Of a DNA stretch of 64,000 nucleotides, positions 53,401 to 64,000 are shown in pieces. The translations under genes and the position numbers were made by a program. Position 1 is the first letter of the stretch; each line of letters opens with the position of its first letter. This stretch comes from the human T2T-CHM13v2.0 reference genome, Homo sapiens: NCBI RefSeq assembly GCF_009914755.1, contig NC_060946.1; one strand, written 5' to 3'. Under the pieces are notes generated by a model. It was not told the origin of the DNA and searched no databases. It saw nothing but the letters and a program-made list of their open reading frames with translations.

Positions 53401-56299
53401 TGGAAGGAATTGGATTGGAATATGATGGATAGGAATGGAATGCAGTGGAGTGGAATGGAGTGGTATGGAATGCCATGGAATGGAATGGAATGGAATGCAA
53501 TGGAATGGAATGGAATTGAATGGAGTGGAATGGAATGGAATTGAGTGTAGAGGAATGGAGTAGAGTGGAATGGAATGGAGTGTGGTGGAATGGAATGAAA
53601 TTGAATGGAGTGGCGTGGAATAGATTGGTTGAATGGAATGCAATGGAGTGGAGTGTACAGGAAAGAATGGATTGGGGAGGAATGGAATGGAATGGAATGG
53701 CATGGAACACAGTGGAATGGAACGCAATGTGGAGTGGGAAGTAGGTTGGAATGTAATGGAATGGAGTGGAAAGGAATGGAGTGGCATGGAATGGAATGGA
53801 GTGGAATGGAATTGAATGGAGTGGATTGGAAGGGAGTGGAATGGAATGGAACGAACTGGAGTGCAATGAAATGGAATAGAATGGAATGCACTGAAGTATA
53901 ATGTACTGGTATAGAATGGAGTGGAATGGAATGGAATGGAATGGAATGCGAAGGAATGGAATGGAATAGAGCTGAATAGGATGGAATTTAGTGGAGAGGA
54001 ATGGATTAGAGTAGAATGGAATGGATAGGAGTGTCTTGGAATGGAATGAAATTGAATGGAGTGTTCTGGAATGGAGTGATGGAATGGAATGGAAAGGACT
54101 CTAATGGAGTGTACAGGAACAAATGGATTGGATAGTAATGGAATGGAATGGAACGGAATGGAATGAAATGGGGAGGGGGAAGGGGTGGAATGGAATGGAA
54201 TACAGTGGAATGGAATACAGAGGCATGGAATGGACTGGAGTGGAGTGGAATGGACTGGATTGGAATGGACTGGAGTGGAATGGAATGGAACAAAGTGTAA
54301 TAGAATTTAATGGAATGGAACGGAATGCAGTGGAGTTCAATGGACCGTTACAGAATGGAGTGTCAGGGAATGGAATGGAATGGAATGGAATGGAATGGAA
54401 TGGAATGGAATGCAAAGGAATGTAAGTTAATGTAATGGAATGGAATGGAGTGGAATGGAGTGGAGTGCAATGGAAGGGAAAGGAAGGCAATGGATTGGAA
54501 TGGAATGGAAAGGAATCAAATGGAACGCAGTGGAATGGAATGGTATGTGATAGAATGGAATGGAAAGGCATAGAGTGGAATAGAGTGGAGTGGAGTGGAA
54601 TGATATGGAATGTAATGCAATGGAAAGGAGAAGAGGGGAGTGGAGTGGAAAGGAATGGTGTGGAATGTAGTGGATTGTAGTGGATTGGAATGGAATGGGG
54701 TGGAGTGGAATGGAATAGAGCAGAGTGCAATAGAATGGAATATAAAGGAATAGATTGGACTGGATTGGAATGCAGTGGAATGGAATGCAATGTAGTGGAA
54801 TGCAATGGAATGAAATGGAATACAATGTAATGGAATGGAAAGACATGGAATGGAAAGGAAATGAATGGAATGGAATGCAATGGAATGGAAAGGAATGGAA
54901 TGGAATGGAATGGAGTGGAGTAGAATGGAATGGAATGGAAAGGAATGGAATGGAATGGAATGGAATGGAATGTCAAGGAGGGAAGTACAGTGGAATGGAG
55001 TAGAGTGGAATGGAATAGAATTGAATTGATTGGAATGGAATGGAATGGAGTGGAATGGAAAGGAGTGGAATGGAATGGAGTTCGGATGAGAGGATTGGAG
55101 TAGCATGGAATTAATTGGAATGGGGTGTGGTGGAATGGAATGGAATGGAATGGAATGGAGTGGAGTGGAATGGAGTGGTTTGAAATGGAATGGAGTGTAG
55201 TGGAAAGGAATGGAACAGAATGAAATGGAAGGGAAAGGAATGGACAGGAGTGGAGTGGAATGTAATGGAATGGAAAGGAATGGACAGCAGTGGAGTGGAG
55301 GTGGGTCGAGTGGAATAGAATTGAATGTAATGGAATGTAAAGGAATTTAATGGAATAGAATTGAATACAATGGAGTGAAGTGGAATGGATGGGAGTGCAA
55401 TGGAATGGAACGGAATGAAATGGAAGGGAATGGAGTGGAATTGAATGGAGTGGAATGGAATGGCATTCAATGGAGTGGAATGGAATAGAGTGGACAGGAA
55501 TGGATTGGAATGGAATGGAGTGGAGTGGAGTGTAATAGAATGGAATAGAATGGAACAGAGTGGAAAGGAATGGCATGGAATGGAGTGGAATGGAATGGAG
55601 TGTAGTGTAGTGAAGTGGAATGGAATTCAAGGGCATGGAATGGAAGGGAATGGAATGTATTGGAGTGGAATGGAATGGAGTGGACTGGAATGGAATGGAG
55701 TGGAATGGAATGGAGAGAAGTGGAAGGGAAAGGAGTGGAATGGAATGGAATGGAGTGGAATGCAATGGAGTGGAGGGGAATAGAAAAGAATGGAATGGAA
55801 TGCAATGGAATGGAGTGGAATGGAGTGGAGTGGAATTGAATGGATTTGAGTGGAGTGAAATGGAATGGAATTCGATGGAATGGAACGGAATGGAAAAAAT
55901 GGAATGTAATGGAATGGAGTGGAATGGAATAGAACTGATGCTAGTGAAATGGAATGGAATGGAGTGGACTGGAGAAGAATGGATTGGAATGGAATGGAAT
56001 GGAATGGAATGGGATGGGATGGAATGGAATGGTGTGGAATGGTGTGGAATGGAATGGAGTGGAGCAGAATGGAATGGAATGTAATGGATTGGAGTGGAGT
56101 GGAGTGGAAAGATATGGAGTGAAAAGTAAAGGAGTGGACTGGAATGGAGTTGAGTTGAGTGGAATGGAGAGGGTTGGAATGGATTAGAGTGGAATGGAAT
56201 GGAATGGAGTGAGGTGGAATGAAATGGAATAGTATGGAATGAAGTGAGTGGAATGGAGTGGTATGTAATGGAATGGAGTATAGTGCAATGGAATGGAAT

Positions 56300-56760
56300 T
56301 GAATGGAATGGAATGGAATGGAATTAACCCGAGTGGAATAGAATGAAATGGAATGGAATGGAATGGAATGGAATGGAATGGAATGGAATGGAATGGAATC
56401 GAATGGAATCAACTCGAGTGGAGTGGAGTGGAGTAGAGTGGAGAGGAGTGGAGTGGAGTGGAGTGGAGTGGAGTGGAGTCAGTGGAGTGGAGTGGAATCA
56501 TTGGAGTGGAGTGGAGTGGAGTCGAATGGAGTGGAATGGAATGCAATGGAATGGAATGGAATCAACCCGAGTGGAATGGAATGGAATGGAATGGAATGGA
56601 ATGGAATGGAATGGAATGGAATGGAATGGAATGGAATGGAATCAACCTGAGTGGAATGAAATGGAATCGAATGGTATGGAATCAAACCGAGAGGAATGGA
56701 ATCGAATGGAATGGAATCGAATCAACACAAGTGGAATAGAATGGAATGGAATGGAAAAGA
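56300..56760 (+). repeat. Island of classical Sat III with the CAACCCGAGT decamer between purer GGAAT runs
   Basis: TTAACCCGAGT (~56324), ATCAACTCGAGT (56408), ATCAACCCGAGT (56561), ATCAACCTGAGT (56641), ATCAAACCGAGA (56681) and ATCAACACAAGT (56721). A run of ~14 perfect GGAAT lies at ~56573-56642. CAACCCGA(A/G)T is the long-known interspersed decamer of Satellite III. Confidence 0.85.
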
Positions 56761-59700
56761 ATGGAATAGAATGGAATTGAATGGAATTGGGAGGAGGGGA
56801 GTGGGGTGGAATGCAATATCATGGAATGGAGTGGAGTGAAATGGAATGGAACAGAATGGAGAGGAGCGGAATGGAATGGAGTGGAATGGGGAGTAGTGGA
56901 ATGGAATCGAGTGGAGAGGAGTGGAACTGATCGGATTGGAATTTATTCGAATGTAACACAGTGGTTTGAAGGGAATGTGATGGAATAGAACGTAGTGGAA
57001 TGGTGTGGAATGCAGCTCAGTTGAATGGAATGCAATCGAGAGGAGTGGATTGTAGTGGAGTGGAGGAGAAAGGAGTGGAATTGAGTGGAGTGGAAGAGAA
57101 TGGAATGTGATGGAATGGAATGGAATGGACTGGCATGGAATGAATTGGAGTTGAATAGAATGGAATGGAATGGATTCGAATTGAGTGGAATGAAAAGGAG
57201 TGGAATGGAATTGAACGGTGTGTAGTGGAATGGAATGGAATGGAATGGAATGGAATGGAATGGAATGGAATGGAGTGAAATGGAAAGGAAAGGAGTGGAG
57301 TGGAATGGAAAGGAATGCATTGGAGTAGAGTGGAATTGAAAGGAAAGGAATGCAATGGAATAGAATGGAATGGACTGGAATGCATTGGAATGGAATGGAA
57401 TGTTATCGAATGGAATGGAATCGAGTGGAATGGAATGGAAATTTGTGCAGTGGAGTGGAATGGAAAGGAGTGGAATGGTATTGAATGGAGTGGAATGGGA
57501 TGGAATCGAATGGAGTGGAGTGGAATGGAATGGAACTGAGTGGTGTGGAATGGAATGCAATGGAATGGTATGGAATGGAATGGAATTGAGTAGAATGGAA
57601 TGGATTAGATTGGAGTGGAACGGTTTGTAGTGGAAAGGAATGGAATGGAATGGAGTGGAATGGAATGGAATAGAATGGAATAGAATGGAATGGAGTGAAA
57701 TGTAAAGGAATGGAGTGGAGTGGAATGGAAAGGAATGGAATTGAGTGGAATGGAATGGAATGGAGTGGAATGGAATGGAAAAGAATCGAATGGAATTGAA
57801 TGGAATGGAAAGGATTGGAACTGTGTGGAGTGGTGTAGAATGGAATGCAGTGGAATGGTATGGAGTGTAGTGGAGACAAATGGATGGAATGGAATGTAGT
57901 GGAGTGGAATGGATTGGAACTGAGAATAGTGGAATGGAATGGAATGGAGAGGAAGGAAATGGAGTGGAATGGAATGGAGGGGAATGTAGTGCAGTGGAGT
58001 TGATTGCAATGCAATGGAGTGGAAAGGCATGAAATTGACTGGATTGGAATGGAATGGAAATGATTGGAATATAATGGAATGTAATAACGTGCGTTGGATT
58101 GAAAGAGATTTGAGTGGAGTGGAATGGAACGGACTGGAATCTAACGGAATGGCATGGAAGAAATGGAATTGATTGGAGTGGAGTGCTGTGGAGTGGGATT
58201 GAGTGGAATGAAATTGAAAAAAATGGAATGGAATGCAATGGAATGGAATGGAATGGAATGCAATGGAGTGGGGTGGAGAGGATTAGAATTGAGAGGAGTG
58301 GAAAAGAATGGAATGGAATGGAATGGAATGGAGTGGCGTAGACTGGAGTGTAGTGCCGATGAGTGGAATGAAATTGTATAGAATCAAATGGAATGGAACG
58401 TAAGGCAGTGGTGTGGAATGGATTGAAGTGGAATGGTTTGGAGTGGAATGGAGTGGAGTGGAATGGAATGGAAAGAATTATAGTGGACTGGAAGGGAATG
58501 GAATGGAATAGATTGGAGTGGAATGTAGTGTAACGGAGTGGAGTGGAATGGAATGGGTTGGCATGGAATGGAGTGGAAGGCAGTTGAGTGGAGTGGAGGG
58601 GAATGGAAGGCAATGGATTGAATAGAATGGAATGGAATGGAATGGACGGGTATGCAGTGGAATGGAATGGAATGGTGTGGAATGGAGTAGAGTGAAATGG
58701 AAAGGGTTGGAATGGAATGGAGTGTAATAGAGTTCAGTGGTGTAGAATGTAAATGAAAGCAATGGAATGGAATGGAGTGGAGTGGAGTGGAGTGGGGTCG
58801 AGTTGATGGTAATTGAATAGAACGGAATGGATTGCGGTGGAATGAAGTGTATTGGAGTGGAATGGATTTGAATGGATTTGAATGGAATGGAGTGGACTGC
58901 AATGGAGTCAAGACTAATGAAGAGGAATGGAATGGATTGGAATGAAGTGGAATAGATTTCAATGGAATGGAAAGGAATGGAATGGAATGGAGTGGAGTGG
59001 AAAGGAATGGATTGAATGGGAATGGAATGGAGTGGAATGGAATGGAGTGTAGTTTAGTGCGATGGGATATAGAGTGGAATAGAGAGGAGTGGAATGGAAT
59101 GGAAAGGAGTGCAGTGGAATGGAGTGGAATGGAATTGAATGGACTGGAGTGAAGTGGAATGGAGTGGAGTGGAGTGGAATGGAATGGAATGGAATGGAAT
59201 GGAATGGAATGGAATTGAGTGGAATGGAATTGAATAGAATGGAATGGAATGGAACGGAATGGAAAGGAACGGAATTGAATGGAATGGATTGGAGTGGAAT
59301 TCAAAGGAATGGAATGCAATGGAATGGAATAGAGTAGAACGGATTGGTATGTAATGGAATGGAGTGCAGTGTCATGAAATGGAATGGAGTGGAGTTGAAT
59401 GCAATGGAGGGTAGTCGAATGAAATGGAATGGAACGGATTGTAGTGTCCTGAAATGAAATGGAGTGGAGTTGAATGCAAAGGAGTGGAGTGGAATGAAAT
59501 GGAATGGATTGGAAAGGGGAGGAGGGGATTCGGATGAAATGGAATGGAATAAAGTGGAGTGGAATGGAATGGAACGGCATGGAGCAGAGTGGAATGGAAT
59601 GGATTAGAGTGGAATGGAGTGGAGTAGAATCGAATGGAGTGGAATGGAGTGGAGTGAAATGGAATGGAATGGAGTGGAGTGTAATGGAGTGGTATGGAAT

Positions 59701-62700
59701 GGAGTGGAATGGAAAATAACAAATGGAATGGAATGGAATGGAGTGGAGGGGAGTTGAATGGAGTCGACTGGACTGGAGTGGTACGGAATGGAATACAGTG
59801 GAATGGATTGGAATGGAATGGAGTGGGTTGGAATGCAGTGGAATCAAATGGAAAGGAAGGGAATGGAATGGAATAGACTCGAATAGAATGGAATGGAATG
59901 GAATGCAGTGGAATGGAATGCAATGTGATGGAATGGAATAGAATGCAATGGAATGGAGTGGAGGGGAATGGAATGGAGTGGGTTGGAATATAATGGAAAG
60001 GAGCAGAGTGGAATGGAGTGGAGTGGAGTGGAATGGAATGGAATGGAGAGGAAGGGAGGGGAGTGTAATGGATTGGAATGGAATGTGGTGGACTGCAGTG
60101 GATTGGAATGGAATGGAGTGGAATGGAATGGAATGGAGAGGAATGGAATGGAATGGAACGGAATGAAATAGAATCGAATGGAACGGAGTGGGTTAGGGTG
60201 GAGCGCAATGGAATTGAGTAGAGTGGAATGGTATGGAATGGAACGGAATGGAATGAAATGGAATGGAACGGAGTGGAGTGGAGTGGAGTGGAGTGGGGAT
60301 GAGTGGAAAGAAATTGAATAGAATGAAATGGAAAGGAATGGAATGGAGTGTAGTGGCGTGAAGTGGAGTGGAGAGGAATGGAGTGGAATGGAGTGGAGTG
60401 GAATGGAATGGAATGTAACGGAGTGGACTCCAATGGAGTTAATTGGAGTGGCATATAGTGGGGTGGAATGGAATAGACGGAATGCAAAGGAATGGAGTTT
60501 GGTGGAATGAAATGGAACGGGAGAGAATGGAGTGGGATGAATCGAGTGGTATGGAATGGAAAGGAGTGGAGTGGAGTAGAGTGAAATGGAATGGAGTGGA
60601 GTGGAATGGAATGCAGTGGAGGGGAATGGAAAGGAAAGAATGGAATTGGGGGAAGGGAATGGGGTGGCATGGAATAGAATGCAACGGAGTGGTGTGAAAT
60701 GGGATGGTAGGGAATGGAGTGGAGGATAATGGAATGGAGTGGAATAGAGAGAAGTGGAATGGAATGCAGTGGAGAGGAGTGGAATGAAATGGAGTGGAAT
60801 GTAGTGGAGTTGGATGGAATGGAACAGAGTAGAGTCAAATGGAAAGGAATGGCTTGGAATGGAGTGGAGTGGGATGGAGTGGTATGGAATGGAGTGGAGG
60901 GCAATCGAATGGAATCGAATCGAAACGAATGGAATGCAGTGAAATTGAATGGAATGTGATGGAATGGAATGGATTGGAATGGAGTGGAATGGAGTGGAGT
61001 AGAAGGGAATGGAATGGAATGGAATCGATTGGAAGGGAATGGAATCTAATGGAATGAAATGAAATGAAATGCAATGGAATGGAATGGAGAGGAGAGGAGT
61101 GGATTGGAATGGAATGGAGTGGAATGTAGTGGAGTGGATTGGAATGGAATGGAGTGGAATGTAATTATGTGGATTGGAATGGAAAGGACTGGAAAGGAAC
61201 GGAATGGAATGGAAGCAATGGAATTGTTTGCAGTGGATTGGAGTGGAGTGGGGTCGAGTGGAATGAAACTGAATGGAGTGGAATGGAATGGAATGGAAGG
61301 GAAAGCAATGAAGTGGAAAGGAATCGTGTGGAATTGAGTGGAGTGAAATGGAATGGGGTAGAATGGAAAGGAGTGGAATAGAGTTGAGTGGTGTGGAATG
61401 GAAAGGAATGGAATGGAATGGAGTGGAGTGGAGCAGAGTGGAGTGGGGTGCAGTGGATGGTAATTAAACGGAATGGAATGGATTGGGGTGGAATGAAGTG
61501 GATTGGAGTGGAAATGAACGGAATAGAATGGAATGTAGTGGAGTTGAATGGAATGGAACGGAATGGAACGGAGTGGAGAAGAATGGAGTTGAGAGGAATG
61601 AAGTGAAATGGAATGGAGTGGAGTGAAGTGGAATGGAATTGAATGGAATGGAAAGGGATGGAATGGAATGGAGGGGAGTGGAAAGGAATGGATTGGAGTG
61701 GAATGGAATGGAGTGGAATGGAATTGAGCGGAGTGGAGGGCGATGCAATAGAGTGGAATAGAGAGGAGAGGAATGGAATGGAACGGAGTGGAGTGGAAAG
61801 TAATGGAATGGGGTTGAATGGAGTAGAGTGAAGTGGAATGGAGTGGAGTGGAGTGGTGTGGAATGGAATGGAATAGAAAGTAATGGAATGAAACGGAATG
61901 GAATGGAATGGAATGGAATGGAAGAGAATGGAATGGAAAGGCGTGGAATGGAATGGAGTGGAACGGAGTGTAGGGGAATGGAATGGAACGGAGTGGAGTG
62001 TAATGGAGTGTTATGGAAGGAGGTGGAATGTAACGTAATGGAATGGAATGGAACGGAATGGAGTGGAGCGGAATAAAAGGGAATGGAATGAAATGAAATG
62101 GAATGGAAAGGGGAGGAGGGGATTGGGATGGAATGGAATGTAAGGGAATGGAGTGGAGTGCAATGGAATGGAACAGCATGGAGCAGAGTGGAATGGAATG
62201 GATATGAATGGAATGGAGTGGAATGGATTGGAGTGGAGTGGAATGGAATGGAATGGAATGGAATGGATTGGAGTGGAGTGGAATGTAATGGAATGGATAG
62301 ACATGGAATGGAATGCAGTGTAAAGGAATGGACTAGACTTGAATGGAGTGGAGTGGAGTGGAGTGGAGTGGAATGTAATGTAATGGAATGCAATGAAAAG
62401 TAAAGGAATGGAATGGAATGGAATGGAATGGAGTGGAGAGAAATGCCGTAGGGTGGAGTGAAATGGAATGGAATGGAAAGGAATTGAATGGGAAGTAGTG
62501 GAATGGAATGGAATGGAAGGGAATGAAATGGAATGGAAAGTAATGGAATGGAGTGTGGTGGAGTGAAATGGAAATGAGTAGAGTGGAATAGAATGGAGTG
62601 GAATGAAAAGGAATGCAACGGAATAGAATTGAATGGAGTTGAGGGGAGTGGATTGGAGGTGGGTCGATTGGAATGAAATTCATAGGAATGGAAAGGAATG

Positions 62701-64000
62701 GATTGGAATGGAATGAAGTGGAAAAGAACAGAGTGGACTGGAATAGAGTGGAATGGAATGGAATGGAATGGAATGGAATGGAATGGAATGGAAGTGATTG
62801 GAATGGAATGGGGTGGAAGGGAATGGAATGGAGTGGAATGGAAGGGAGTGGAATGGAATGCAGTGGAGTGGAATGGAAAGGATTGGATTGGAATGGAATG
62901 GACGGGAATGGAATGGAGTGGAATGGAATGGAGTGGAATTGAATGGAGTGGTATGGAGTTGAGTGGAGTGGAAAGGAATGGAATGGAATTAAGTGGAGTG
63001 GAATGGAATGGAATGAAATGGAATGGAATCGAGAGGATTGGAATGGAATGGAATGGAATGAAATGGAATGGAATCGAGAGGAACGGAATGGAAACGAATG
63101 GAATGCAATGGAATGGAATGGAATGGGATGGAATTGAGTGGAATGGAGTGGAATTGAATGGACCGGAGTGGAATGGAATGGGATGGAATGGAAAGAAAGG
63201 GAATGGAATTGAACGGAGTGAATGGAAGAGAACGGAATGGAATGGGATGGAGTGAATGCAATGGAACGGTAAGGAATGGAATGGAATGGAAAGGAATGGA
63301 GTTGACGGGAGTGTAATCGAATTGATTGTTGTCAAATGCAATAGAATGGGATGGAATGGAATGGAATGTAGTTGAGTGGAATTGAATGGAGTGTAATGGA
63401 AGGGAGTGGAGTGGAATGGAGTGGTATGGAAAGGAGTGGAATGGAAATAAAGGATATGGAATGGAAAGGAAAGGAGTAGAAGGGAATTTAATGGAATGGA
63501 ATCTAGAGAAATGCAGTGGAAATGAATGTAATGGAAGGGAATGCAATGGATTGGAGTGGAATGGAATGGAATAGAATGTAGAGGAATGGAATGTAATGGA
63601 ATGGAATGGAGTGGAATGGAGACGTGTGGAATAGAGTGGAATGGAATGGAATGGAACGGAATGGAGTGGAATGGAATGCAGTGAAAGAAATGTAATGGAA
63701 TGGAATGGTTTTGAGTCGAATGGAGAGTAGTGGAGAGGAATGGAATGGAATGGAATTGAAAAGAGTTGAATGGAGTGCAATGGAATGGAATTGAAAAGAG
63801 TTGAATGGAGTGGAATGCAATGGAATGGAAAGGAAATGAATGGAATGGAATGGCATGGAATGGAATCAAATGCAGTGGAACGGAATGGAAAGGAATGGAT
63901 TGGAGTGGAATGGAGACGATTGTAGTGGAATGGAATGGAATGGAATGGGGAGGAGGGGAGTGGGGTGGAATGGAATGGAGTGGAATGTTGTGGAGTGGAG

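Larger units (their letters stand above)
1..64000 (+). repeat. Diverged (GGAAT)n pentameric satellite array, Satellite III / HSat3-like (pericentromeric or acrocentric-type heterochromatin)
   Basis: Every line parses into 5-mers GGAAT plus variants, mostly GGAGT, also GGATT, GCAAT, GTAAT, TGAAT, CGAAT, GGAAA and GGAAC. The + strand is strongly purine-rich and C-poor, with no switch of polarity. (GGAAT)n is the established core of hominid Satellite II/III. The lack of a regular GAATCGAATG-type dimer argues for HSat3 over HSat2. Confidence 0.95.

Noticed and set aside
54170-54190. G-rich patches (also ~51110, ~56788, ~59516) as G-quadruplexes
   Set aside because: They have at most three to four irregular G-runs, which are expected by chance from GGAGG/GGGGT variants. 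There is no evidence of function.
56573-56642. Pure (TGGAA)n runs resembling the SCA31 pathogenic repeat
   Set aside because: The runs are only ~14 units or fewer and lie in constitutive satellite, not in a gene intron. The shared motif alone implies nothing.
58-63869. All other listed ORFs (MEWNG-like on +, HSIPF-like on -)
   Set aside because: They are direct translations of the pentamer, with no domain-like sequence, codon structure or gene context.
1-64000. Transposon insertions, telomeric repeats, alpha satellite / CENP-B boxes, large strand inversions
   Set aside because: I saw no non-pentameric stretch longer than ~30 bp, no poly(A) tail, no TTAGGG array and no 171-bp monomer. The G-rich strand stays on + throughout.

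Overview
The whole 64 kb is one uninterrupted array of diverged (GGAAT)n/(ATTCC)n pentamer satellite of the human/great-ape Satellite III (HSat3) type. The G/A-rich strand is on + throughout, and variant pentamers (GGAGT, GGATT, GCAAT, GTAAT, TGAAT, CGAAT, GGAAA) are frequent. I see no genes, RNA genes, transposons or CRISPR arrays. All listed ORFs are translations of the pentamer (MEWNG / HSIPF) and are rejected, and I found no protein-coding 'system'. The array does have internal structure: (1) two young, homogeneous sub-arrays (24411-24936, ~19 units; 27707-31453, ~105-110 units) of (GGAAT)k-GAAAT-TCCAT, in which one pentamer looks like an in-phase micro-inversion and creates the perfect palindrome ATTCCATGGAAT; (2) these sit at the same position in two copies of a ~3.3 kb tandem duplication and carry private variants; (3) several other single micro-inversions; (4) an island at ~56.3-56.76 kb carrying the classical Sat III CAACCCGAGT decamer, which I did not see elsewhere; (5) old, diverged higher-order periodicities (~0.8, 3.3, 6-8 and 14 kb) and many local tandem duplications. 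All offsets and counts were read by eye and need computational confirmation. Species and chromosome cannot be determined from the sequence alone.
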